A stretch of 64,000 nt of DNA from positions 35,668,235 to 35,732,234 of the forward strand of contig NC_057718.1 in the NCBI RefSeq assembly GCF_004010195.1, given 5' to 3'. Positions 53,006 through 64,000 of this stretch are shown one piece after another. The stretch's first letter is position 1; every line of letters begins with the position of its first letter. Under the pieces are notes generated by a model that saw nothing but the letters and a program-made list of their open reading frames with translations, made no database searches and was not told the origin of the DNA. The stretch comes from Chiloscyllium plagiosum (taxonomy: Eukaryota). The translations under genes and the position numbers were made by a program.

Positions 53006-53603
53006 TAAAGACCAATAATAACTCCATGATGATGACATTCAAGAGGCCAGGATTCAAACGTTGAGCAAACATCAAAGCCATAAACTGACATTGATTAGGA
53101 AGAAGTAATAGATATTATTGCAAGTTAAAACAGCAAGGTGGCTATTGGTGTTCATCATCTTTGATATGTAACTGATACAGTAACATGAAGCATGGTGTTG
53201 ATGCATGTTTGAAAACAAATATCCAAAAGTAGCTGTGCAGGTTGGTATATTTCATAACTAGCTTTGCAGATTTTACTGTCTGCCCTCCACTGACAAACAC
53301 TGAACATTGTGTAGTTGTCGCATTTATAGTGCAAATGCAAACTGTACGCAGAAAGTTGAATCATTACTTCAATTATAAGTAACCTTTTAATAAGATAATT
53401 CTTGAACAACTCTCAAATTGTGAATCATTTATACAAGAGTGGAGTTCCATTTATTTAGGTATTAATTATTGGAGATTATAAAAAATATAAAATTTCCATC
53501 AAAACTTCGTAGCATTTCGTTAATGTCTCTCTCCTTTAATGCAAGCATTTTCCCTCCCTCTTTTTATTTCTCTTTCTGTAGTTGAGTTGGCATTGAATAC
53601 ATC

Positions 53604-54713
53604 CAGAGCTTAAAAATGTATTGCTGGAAAAGCGCAGCAGGTCAGGCAGCATCAAAGGAGAAGGAGAATCGACGTTTCGGGCATAAGCCTTTCTTCAGGA
53701 ATGAGGAGGGTATGCCAAGCAGGCTAAGATAAAAGGTAGGGAGGAGGGACTTGGGGGAGGGGCGTTGGGAATGCGATAGGTGGAAGGAGGTTAAGGTGAG
53801 AGGGGGTAGGGCGGAGAGGTCGGGAAGAAGATTGCAGGTCAAGAAGGTGGTGCTGAGTCTGAGGGTTGGGACTGAGAAAAGGTTGGGGGAGGGGAAATGA
53901 GGAAGCTGGAGAAATCTGNNNNNNNNNNNNNNNNNNNNNNNNNNNNNNNNNNNNNNNNNNNNNNNNNNNNNNNNNNNNNNNNNNNNNNNNNNNNNNNNNN
54001 NNNNNNNNNNNNNNNNNNNNNNNNNNNNNNNNNNNNNNNNNNNNNNNNNNNNNNNNNNNNNNNNNNNNNNNNNNNNNNNNNNNNNNNNNNNNNNNNNNNN
54101 NNNNNNNNNNNNNNNNNNNNNNNNNNNNNNNNNNNNNNNNNNNNNNNNNNNNNNNNNNNNNNNNNNNNNNNNNNNNNNNNNNNNNNNNNNNNNNNNNNNN
54201 NNNNNNNNNNNNNNNNNNNNNNNNNNNNNNNNNNNNNNNNNNNNNNNNNNNNNNNNNNNNNNNNNNNNNNNNNNNNNNNNNNNNNNNNNNNNNNNNNNNN
54301 NNNNNNNNNNNNNNNNNNNNNNNNNNNNNNNNNNNNNNNNNNNNNNNNNNNNNNNNNNNNNNNNNNNNNNNNNNNNNNNNNNNNNNNNNNNNNNNNNNNN
54401 NNNNNNNNNNNNNNNNNNNNNNNNNNNNNNNNNNNNNNNNNNNNNNNNNNNNNNNNNNNNNNNNNNCTCTCCGGCCTATCACCCTCACCTTAACCTCCTT
54501 CCACCTATCGCATTCCCAATGCCCCTCTCCCAAGTCCCTCCTCCCTACCTTTTATCTTAGCCTGCTTGGCACACCCTCCTCATTCCTGAAGAAGGGCTTA
54601 TGCCCGAAACGTCGATTCTCCTTCTCCTTTGATGCTGCCTGACCTGCTGCGCTTTTCCAGCAACACATTTTTAAGCTCTGATTCCCAGCATCTGCAGTCC
54701 TCACTTTCTCCTA
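53604..54713. mobile_element. Young Penelope-like insertion (family A) with inverted pLTRs, centre unassembled
   Basis: 53604-53820 is the reverse complement of 54467-54680; tail 54681-54712; TSD attgaatacatc (53592-53603, 54714-54725). Hammerhead cores at 53671-53698 (-) and 54586-54613 (+). Confidence 0.88.
53919..54466. other. Assembly gap
   Basis: Run of N between inverted arms. Confidence 1.
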
Positions 54714-56551
54714 ATTGAATACATCGACTCTAACTTATAGTTTTATTTGTTCTTGAACTCTATTTCTCATTCCTACAATCTGTTTGTTTAAGGGGGCGTA
54801 CAGTTGCCTACTGTTTCACTCAGGTTCCAGATGGCCTCCTTGCCTCAGTAGGTCATTATCAGCCAGCAATTTCAACACCATGGAGGACAAAAGTGTTTGG
54901 AGCTGAAAAAAGTATTGGCTATTTGATGCCTCCTTTACCAAACTCTGGCCAAAATCACCACCTTTTAGAGGGTAGCGATTAATCACTCAATTTATTTCAA
55001 GATACCAGAAATGTAGATATAAAGGACATTATGCTACTTTTCTCTTGGGAAAAATATTTAAGGTGATATAAATGAAGTTAGGTGACAAATAAATGCTGGT
55101 TTTGTTGTACAACAGAAAACAACTTAAATTTATTAACAGAATACATATACCCATGCTGGTGATGGAATTGGGAAAGTACTTTATGTTGAGATGTTCCAAC
55201 ATTATTGCAGCTAATAATAAAATTCAGCAGAAAATGCTGAGCTAGCAATTTATGCTGGTAAGTAGTGAGATAAACGAACAATGAAAATAATAACATGATC
55301 TAAAGTTTATGCACAAGTATGCGTCCATACCAAATGTTTGACAATATGTAAATTGAAGGGCATGCATTAGATGGTGCAGACAAATTGTTTGCTGAGCCAA
55401 TATTAGCAAATCATCAGAAATCAGTGTCAGAGAACCATACAACAAAATTAAGGATTACCATGACATAGGGAAAACTGGGAAGTGAAATAAAAGAAATAGG
55501 ATTTTGGATGGACTTTGCATGACAGCACTATTGTTGTTAGGGCTGCCTATGACTGAGCAGCACAATATGGCCAACAGCTGCCTATGGCTGACCGTAGCCA
55601 GAGAGCTTGAGAAAATGTTTGCTTAATGTAGGTTTCACAAATAGAACAATAGTAGCTCTGTCGACTCAAGGTCAGCTGCAGTTGTTGACGCATAAGACAT
55701 AGATAAGAACATTTCACACTGATCTCTCAAATTATTTAATCAATCTATTCACAACTTGTTAGTTAAAGAATTCTAACATTATGTGCAACTACTGGAGCTG
55801 ACACTATAACATATAATAAAAATCAATATTTTTTAGTATTTCCTACAGTGAGATTAATAAGGAATTTAAAAGGTCTTTAAATGATAGGCAAGTATCTAAT
55901 TGATAATTAACACGGTGCAGCTGGCAAATCATTGGGATGGAATGTACTTGAATACAGTGTATACATTGTAATTGCTGAGCACGGCAGTACTTTCTTCGGG
56001 TTAAGAACCAAATGGTCCGGTTACAGCGAGACAACTCAGCGCTGCTGACCAATAGTAAACGTGGAGGTGGGGGGGGGAAATCTGTGCACTTTGAGCTTGA
56101 GCTGTACAAAATAAGCTCTTTGGAAACTTTTGATGTGCTTTTTTGTTCTGAAGATCTGAAGCTGTAACAACATCAACCAGGCTCAGGCTCTCATTGAAAA
56201 TTATGAGATCTAGCAATTGTGTAAAGTAAGAATGCCTGTAAAGCTACCAAAAAGGTATGAAAGATTCCAGCAGATTTAAACATTTGGCAATTAGTGTCCT
56301 AGATCTTTAAATACACTAAGGTGAGAAAATTTGTTTAACTTCAGTTAAATTAAGTGAGGGAAACGGCTCTTAACATTGCTAAAGACATTCTGGGATTTGA
56401 AGATGCTTCCCAAATTTGCCAATAAAATTTAGAAAGATACAGGAACGACATACTTTTAAAATTAGCAAATAGATTTGAATTGTGTTTAACCAGGGACAAC
56501 AGGAAAGCTGAAATTGTAATGGAGTTGGTCAAGCACTTGGGTATATCAGAG

Positions 56552-57192
56552 TGTGATGATGCTGTTCCTTTAACAAGGTTATGTAGTCCTTGGCTTCTTT
56601 TTTATCAAAGAGGTCGTAAAAACACAGGCTCCAAAAAGTCTAAGTTTGAAGGGTTTTACGGCCAATTTGATTGTATCTAATAGATACTGCCTCAGGCAAA
56701 ACACTTAAGTTTTAAAAAAACACTTGTACAATGAAAGTGGAGTGACCAGCTCCCAGCTCAGCTTTCTTTTGGTTTGGTCTGGTTATTCACTAAAAGCAGT
56801 CAGGCAGTTGTGAAGCTGCTGACTCAAAGACGCAGGTCCATGCTGGTCCTCCCTCTCTGACTTCTCTCTTGTAAGACCCTATGTTTGATTTTACCTTTTT
56901 ATGCCAAGGGACGTTTGTAGGGATTGTTGCAAGTATTTGGAACAGCATCATTAAGTTGGGATGATCTGTTGGGTTTTTGGATAGGTTACGTTATTTGGTA
57001 TTCTGTTCTCTTTTGTTTTGTGTTTTATTCAGTAATCTTGTCAATAAATTCTGATTTGTTTAAGACTAAATGATTTGACCAGTTGCATCACTCCCGGAAT
57101 ATCCACAGTACACCTGCTAAAAAAAGATAGCAAAGTTCGGGTCCGGGCTACTTTCTTGAAATGGTTTGAGGGGTCTGGTCTGGTCTATAATA
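56552..57192 (+). mobile_element. Solo LTR of another family inserted into the Gypsy gag
   Basis: Starts TGTGATG, has AATAAA (57043), ends ctataata. Flanked by gag/gag; removing it restores gag ...KHLGISE|KQASAVEV. Confidence 0.75.
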
Positions 57193-60100
57193 GAGAAACA
57201 GGCAAGTGCAGTAGAGGTTAGAAAAACTTAAATTGCAATTGAGGCAAATAGAGTTAGTAGATAAAGAAAGGGAAAGAAGAGCCATGTTTGAGGAAAAAGG
57301 GAGAGAAGGTTCTTAGCTGAGCAAAAAAGAGAAAATTTGAACTACAGAAGTTGCGAGTTAGTCAGGAACGTCAATTTACCAGGATGGAGAAGAAGTGAGA
57401 AGGTAGTAATGTATACAAATATTAAAGCATTGCCACATTTTGATGAGAAAGATGTCAAAGACTTATTTATTTCATTTGAAAAACTGGCCAGTTTGTGAGT
57501 AATGATATTTCAGACTAAGCTGGGAGGCAGGGCTAGTGAGGTATTTGCAGTGCTGTCAGATGACAGGTCAACAGATTATGCAGACATTTAAAAGGCTATC
57601 TTGAGTCCTTATGAACTGGTACCAGAAGCGGTTCAGAAACATAAAGGAGGAACCAGGTCAGACTTGTGTTGGGTTTAAAAGAATTAAACATAGTCATTTT
57701 GAATAAGATGGGTGCGGGCCTTAAAAATAGATATGTGAGGCATTAAAAGAGATTATTCTTCTGGAGGAGTTTGAAAACTTACTTCCAGAGATGATAAGAA
57801 CTTATGTCGATGAACAGAAAGATCAAGAAGTGAGAAGAATGGTGGAGATGGTAGATGAATATGCATTGGTACATAAGGCAAAATTTAGCTTCTAACAATT
57901 TCATCCTGTGAGGGCCAGAAATTGGGAGAAGGGGGGGATCATTCACTACAAAACAAAGAATAGATCACACTGTGAATAGTTTACCACAGCTGGAAAAAGA
58001 AGCCCAAGGGGCTGGAAAGGAGGTGAAAGGCCTCAGATGTTTTCACTGTAATGGAGTGGGACACACAAAATTATAGAGCCAATGGTTTAAGGGCACTAGG
58101 AAAAGGTGTTTTCAATGCCAGAAGGTGGGACACATAAGATCACAGTGCTGGTCATTGAAGAAAGGCACTGTGGAAAAGGATGTGGTAAAAAAGGATAAGC
58201 CAGTGGGATTAGTGAAAGTAGTAACAGAAATCCCAGGAAAAGTCAAGGAGCTACAGGAAAGTGGCTGGGTAGTGAGTTAGTGCCCAATCTCTATAAAGTC
58301 ATCACCTCTGTGGATAAAGTTTACTCAGGAACAACAGGGGGAGAAAAGAAAGTTACAATTTTGAGATATACGAGAGCTAATCAGTCTCTAATAGTAAGAG
58401 ATGCAAATATTTGCACTCTTTATGACATGTTACACGACAGACTGCTAATTTGTGAAATAGATGGACAGAAATTTAGTGTTCCCCTGTGTAAGATCAGGTT
58501 AGAGAGCCAAATCAAGACTGGGAAGTATCAGTGGGAGTGACTGACAGAGTGTCAGTTCCAGGAATAGTTTGTTCTTGGAACAATTTAGCAGGATCCAAAG
58601 TGGGAGCAATACCCCTCGTTATGGAGAAGCCAAAGGAAGACCAGAAAATTGAGGAGTTAAAAGAAAAATACCCTGGACTTTCTCCAGACTGTGTCATAAG
58701 AAGATCTTAAGTCACATGAAAAAAGCAAAAATTAAAGAGAAACACAAAGTATTTGAGGTTCGGTTAGCGGACACCCTGTTTGACGTAATGGTGCAGGAAA
58801 AGCCTGAACAGGCAGAGAGTTAGGCAGATGTTTAGTCCTGAAAGGCTAAGGGACTTATGACAGAAAGACAAGACAATAAAAGATATATATATTGATGCAT
58901 ACCTAGAAAAGGAATAGAATGAATTGCCGAGGGTTATTACCTTAAAGATAGAATCCTAAGATAAAAAACGGAGGCCACAGCAGGTTAGTACAGAGGAGAG
59001 ATGGGCAGCAGTGCATCAGGTTGTGTTGCCGGTCGCATACAGATAGCAGGTATTATGGGTCGCACATGGATTACCAGTAGGAGGTCATCAAGGTGTGAGG
59101 AAGACCCATGCTAAGGTACAAAAGCACTTCTATTGGCCTGGACTGCATAAGGATGTGGTTAAATTTTGCCATACATGTTATATGTGCCGAATGGTAGGAA
59201 ACCTATAGGCATTAAAGAAACCAGCACTTTTGTTGCCAATTCCCACATTGGAAGAACCTTTTACACGGGTTATGATTGATTGTGTAGGGAAAAATTGGGA
59301 ACCAGCACTTGCTAGCTATTAATGGATGTGTCTACTAGATTCCCAGAGGCAATTCCATTATGGAGCATTAAGGCAGAAAGGGTGGTAGAGCACTTAGTAG
59401 CTGGGCTACCCAGAGAGATTCAGTCAGACCAAGGGTCTAATTTTACTGCTAGGCTGTTTAAGACAGTCATGGATAGCATCAAACCCTGAAGACCATGTTA
59501 AGAGTGTTCTGTCAGGATTACCCGAATGACTGGGATAATGGTATTTCATTCATCCTGTTTGCCACTAGAGATGCCTGATACAAATATACTCAGTTTACTC
59601 CCTTTGAGTTAATATTCAAACATGAAGAGCTTTTGAAATTAATTATAGAAAAATTGATAGGACTGAAGTCAAAGATCTCACACTTGGATTATGTATCTGA
59701 GGTGAGGGAGAGGTTAAATCGGGTAGCTGAGTTAGCACCTGAAGAGGGTACAGCATAGAATGCAGCAGGTGGCAGATTAAAACTCTAAAATTCGGATGTT
59801 TTCCCATGGGGATGGGATCCTTTCAAAGCCAGATTTAGTGGTCCTTATCAAATTTAGAAAAAGTTGAGTCAACTTTTGAGTAAACTATCTGGTAAAGATG
59901 CTGGATAGAAAAAAAACTGTATCAGGTTTATCATGTGAATAGGTTGAAACCTTATAATAAAGACTGGAAACTGGAGAAACAGGTGTTAATTATTGCCCCG
60001 CAGAGCGAGGAATCAAATCCAGATGTATTGGATTTTGATGTGCCTCAAATTACGTTAAATAATGAGGAAGCCCTTGAGGAATGGGATACGTTAGTGAGCT

Positions 60101-61623
60101 ATCTGTCTCAGGAGCAAAGAACCGAGTTGAAAGGTTTGTTGCAGCAGTATGAGGACATAAGCTGGAATAAGATGGCGAGGACTAATACTATTGTGCATGA
60201 GGTGAAAGTAGAGAATGCTGTTCCGATAAAACAACATCCCTACCGACTTAATCCTTTTGAAGCCACACAGGTCCTGAAGGAAGTGGATCCAATGCTCATT
60301 GAAGATATCATCAAACTGAATCTAAGTGAGTGGAGTTCACCAATTGTTTTGGTTCCCAACCCTGACAGGACTCAATGACTTTGTGTGGACTACTGGAAGG
60401 TCAACGCTGTAATAAAATTTGACTCCTATCCAATACCAAGACTGGAGGACTCTGTTGAGAAAGTTGGTCAAGCCACTTACATTACGAAATTGGACTTACT
60501 ACATGGTCATTGGCAGTTTACCTTTAGGAGAGAAAACAAAAGAAGTTTCTGTGTTTGTAATCCCAAATGGGCTATATCCATTCAAAGTGATGCCCATTGG
60601 AATGAAGAACGCACCAGCCACATTTTAAAAACTCATGAACAGAGTTGTGGCCGGATTATCAAATTTTACAGTTTATCTGGATGATGCAGTGATTTTTTAG
60701 CAAGTCATGGAAAGATCACATGGTACAGCTGACAGAGCTCTTCAAACGATTAAGAGAAGCAAAACTGGTAAGAAACTTAACGAAAACAGAATATGCAGAG
60801 GTGACGTTTTTGGGACACAACATTGGACATGGAAGGTTGACCCCAAGGAACGTGAAGATGAAAGCCTTTGAGGAATTTCCAGAACCATCCTCGAAGAGAA
60901 AGATACTTTGATTTTTAGGACTAAGCAGATTCTACCAGAAGTTTGTTCCAAACTTCAGATGCGTGTTGGCATCGCTAACAGATTTAGTAGAGACGAACAC
61001 AAAATTTCAGTGGACAGAACAATGCCAGGAGGCATTTGAGAATTTAAAAGCTGTACTAACCACAGCATCAGTTTAAACTACACCAAATTTTTTGAAACCC
61101 TCAAAGTTGCAATCGATGCTAGCAATACAGGAGTTGGAGCTGTACTGCTACAGGATGATGATGATCGAATTAAATGGCCAATTGGGTACTTTTCAAAGAA
61201 ACGCAATACCCACCAGAGAAAATAGTCTACCATTGAAAAAGAATTATTGACTTTGGTACTGAGCTAACAACATCTTAATGTTTATGTGTCGAACAATGGG
61301 TTGGAGACAGCTATGTACACGGACCACAATCCTCTTACATTCTTGGAAAGAATTAAAGACAAAAATATGTGACTATTAGAAAATATGAGTCTTATGTTAC
61401 AGACTTTTAATTTACAAATTGCACATGTTGTGGGTTGTAAAAATGTGATAGCCGATGAGTTATTGTAGATTTAAAGAAAAAAAGTGGTAGATAAGATTTG
61501 ACTGATTCCAATGTTATATATGAGTGCATATATGTATTTCACCATAATAGGATTAAGAATTAGAAAAGAAAATGAAGCCATCTTTTCATTATGATGGATC
61601 ACTTTTTTCTTAAGGAGGGTGGG

Positions 61624-62366
61624 ATATTGAAGTTGAAGGCATGTGCTATACCTTTGAGAGAGAGAGAATGATGTTCTGAACTGCGAGCTTGAAAGCACCT
61701 GTGTATATGACTGCATGGCAGTCCCAGTGTGTACTGGAAAGTTGAAAATATGTAACATTTGGTTGTGAAATGAATATCCGAGTTTGGTTGCTGTTTGGAC
61801 AACAATTTGAATTTAACCAGTTTAAATTATGCCCGACACTAAAATCTAATCGACTTTAAATTTATTGTTTTGCCAACATCGAACCAATGAGACAATCCGA
61901 TGTTGGGGTTTTAAAAAGGTAAATGTTTTGAAAACTGGTCAGACAGCAGAACAGAGAGAGAGCTAACTGCTCCTCTAAAATCTTGCCCTCCAAGAAATTA
62001 GGAAACACTCTCTGTCAAAGGTACACTTTCATGTGAAACATACTCGAGGGAAAAGAAAGGTGACAACCCAGGGAGATCCTCAGCCAGAAGAGTGAAGACA
62101 GGCGACTATGAGTTTTTGAAATTAAGTTGATGTAATTTTAGCGTTTAATTGGAACAGCATATTGTTATAGAGTTGGAGGCAAATTGTAAGCAGCTTAGAG
62201 AAAGGGGGGCTTAGCGTTGTGAATAGTTGTTGTTTAATGTTATTTTCTTTAAATAGTGGAATTTGGGAGTTCTCAGTCACCCATATTTTAACAAATTATG
62301 AGGCGAGGCAAGCTTTTCTGGGCGTTTCGTTCAATTACCAGAGGGGTTCACTTCTATATCGTAACA
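61624..62366 (+). repeat. 3' LTR of the Gmr1-like element
   Basis: Follows the PPT; CCAAT at 61884; ends tatcgtaACA. Confidence 0.7.
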
Positions 62367-62699
62367 GTACCCTGACTAACAACAGAAAGACATGATGGGA
62401 AGAGCTGCAGATTTTTCCCAAAAGAACAAAACTGCCCCATTGTTTCTGTGACCATAAAGGTAACAGAGTTCCAAGTTAACACCCTACACAGCTGATAGCG
62501 TAACCTTGAGGAGAGAACCAGAGCACATAAAGTTACAAACTGGCTTCGAACTAGACAGTGATAAAATTGAAAACTAATTAAATGGGCCAAAACCAGCTTA
62601 TCATATATTGCATATCTATAGCAAAGAGATATAAAAAAGTATATTGTAAATAACCTGCCACTGCAGCTAGGATAGAGCAGCTGCCCTGAAATTGCACCA

Positions 62700-63660
62700 G
62701 GAGATTTCTTTGATAGAATTAAGTCTCTTCTAAAAGATTTGATCTAAAGTGTAAGCCCTGGCAGGAGAGCTCAAAGCTCCTAGAAGCCTGATTTCTGAGC
62801 TAAAGGGGTGGCTGGGGTCATTATGGAGTATCTGTGAGGCAAACTGTACCATGGATAGAATGTATAAGGAGGTGTTCACAATACAAACGAAGACTCCACA
62901 GGCAGGAAGGGAATGGTTGACCACCAAGCAGAGCAGGAACTTTCTGTGACTTTAAATACTATTGAAAGAAAAGACATCTCAAGGGAAAATAGCAACAAGC
63001 AAATTCATTCTACCACAATTGGCTTTGCTGCATGTAGTAATAAGCACGCAAATGCAACAGTTATCAGAAATTCAACTGTTTCCATAGCCACAAACAAGAC
63101 TCCAGGATGGTATGCTGCCTCTCTGGTGTGTGGGCCAAGAATGTCTCAGAGCAACTACCATGCATTTTGGAGGGGGAGGGTGTGGTACACATTGGTATAT
63201 ACGATATAGGAGCACACTCCTTCGTTTAAACTTAAAAACAGAATATAGAGAATTAAGAAATAAGTTGAAAAATAGAACCTCAAGGGTGGTGATCTCAGTG
63301 GGAGTATTAACAATGCCATGTGCCAATCAGAGAAGAAATAACATGATATATCAAATGAACATATGGATGAATAGATGATGCAAGGAGAGGGCTTCAGATT
63401 CCTGGAGCATTGGAACTGGTTCTTCGAAAGGTAGGATCAGTTAAAACTCGACTAGTCATCCCTTGCAGGACAGAGACTGCTGTCCGAGTGGAAGCATTTA
63501 CTAGAGTGGTTGGAAGGTTTTAAAGTAACGGGATTGGGACCTATGCAAGGAGTCAGAGAAAGAGGATCAAGGACAAGAACTCAATGCCAGAAATGGGAAA
63601 AAGACAAGTGGTAGGCAGAGAAATCAAGGACCGGAATCAAACAGGGCCTCAGTGACAAAT
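62700..63660 (+). mobile_element. CR1 ORF1 (zinc finger/esterase) remnant
   Basis: gtatgctgcctctctggtg ~ VCCLPGA, gtacacattggtatatacgatatagg ~ VHIGTNDIG, RTSRVVIS, GFRFLEHW. Confidence 0.7.
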
Positions 63661-64000
63661 AGAACATAGTACAGTTCAACACAGTACAGGCAGTTTGGCC
63701 CTCAATGTGCCAACCTTTTAAGATTAAACTAACCTACATACACTTCATTGTACTATCTTCCATGTGCCTATCCAAGAGCCGCTTAAATGCCCCCACTGTC
63801 CACTGGCAGTGCATCCCATGCACCAACCTCTCTCTATCAGAACTGACCTCTGACATCTCCCTTAAACCTTCCTCCAATTACTTTAAAATTATAGCCATTT
63901 CCGTCCTGGGAAAAAGTCTCTGGCTACCCACTCTATCTATGCCTCTCATCATCTTGTACACCTCTATCAAGTCACCTCTCATCCTTACTCGCTCCAATGA
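63660..64000 (-). mobile_element. CR1 3' end
   Basis: agaacatag tail; similar to 8471-8789. Confidence 0.8.

Larger units (their letters stand above)
56320..62366 (+). mobile_element. Decayed Gmr1-like Ty3/Gypsy LTR retrotransposon (gag-PR-IN-RT-RH) with 3' LTR
   Basis: gag with SCAN-like LKEIILLEEFENLLPEMIRTYV (57742) and zinc knuckles CFHCNGVGH / CFQCQKVGHIRSQC (58038-58150). PR LRYTRANQSL (58361). IN HGLPVGGHQG...FYWPGLHKDVVKFCHTCYMC and IQSDQGSNF (59064-59445). RT PIKQHPYRL, YLDD (60220-60690). RH IDASNTGVGAVL, YTDHNPL (61110-61340). PPT aaggagggtggg (61612-61623). Confidence 0.9.

Noticed and set aside
53724-54642. Long ORFs of 198-269 aa
   Set aside because: Artefact of the gap; flanks are non-coding PLE pLTR.
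48156-64000. Preceding MTA3 exon (expected ...AVGTFARALDC...ASRDITL)
   Set aside because: Not found by eye; it probably lies beyond the window, making this intron >15.8 kb.
1-64000. CRISPR arrays, rRNA or prokaryotic operon-type systems
   Set aside because: None seen; the window is vertebrate intron/exon DNA.

Overview
Eukaryotic, repeat-rich vertebrate genomic DNA, almost certainly a cartilaginous fish (shark), judged from HE1-like V-SINE, shark-type CR1 and Penelope-like repeats. Bamboo shark or a relative is my guess, not a result. The whole window lies inside one minus-strand gene, the NuRD subunit MTA3. I reconstructed nine coding exons (48155 down to 953, 1111 nt, all GT-AG, frame-consistent). 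They cover the end of ELM2, SANT, the GATA-type zinc finger, R1 and a C-terminal region; the gene extends past both window ends. The introns hold nested CR1 LINEs, L2/RTE/Tx1 fragments, SINEs, solo LTRs, a decayed Gmr1-like Gypsy element (integrase before RT) and several Penelope-like elements (PLEs). Most notable: (1) recurrent fold-back PLE insertions carrying minimal hammerhead-ribozyme cores, each with an inverted arm, a 32-36 nt unpaired tail and a TSD; (2) an intron read-through tail CKNFLNS* resembling the human short MTA3 C-terminus; (3) a 36-nt MTA1-like exon implying a longer C-terminus than mammalian MTA3. There are three assembly gaps. I found no evidence for a wholly new gene system; most ORF-track entries are transposon debris or chance ORFs.
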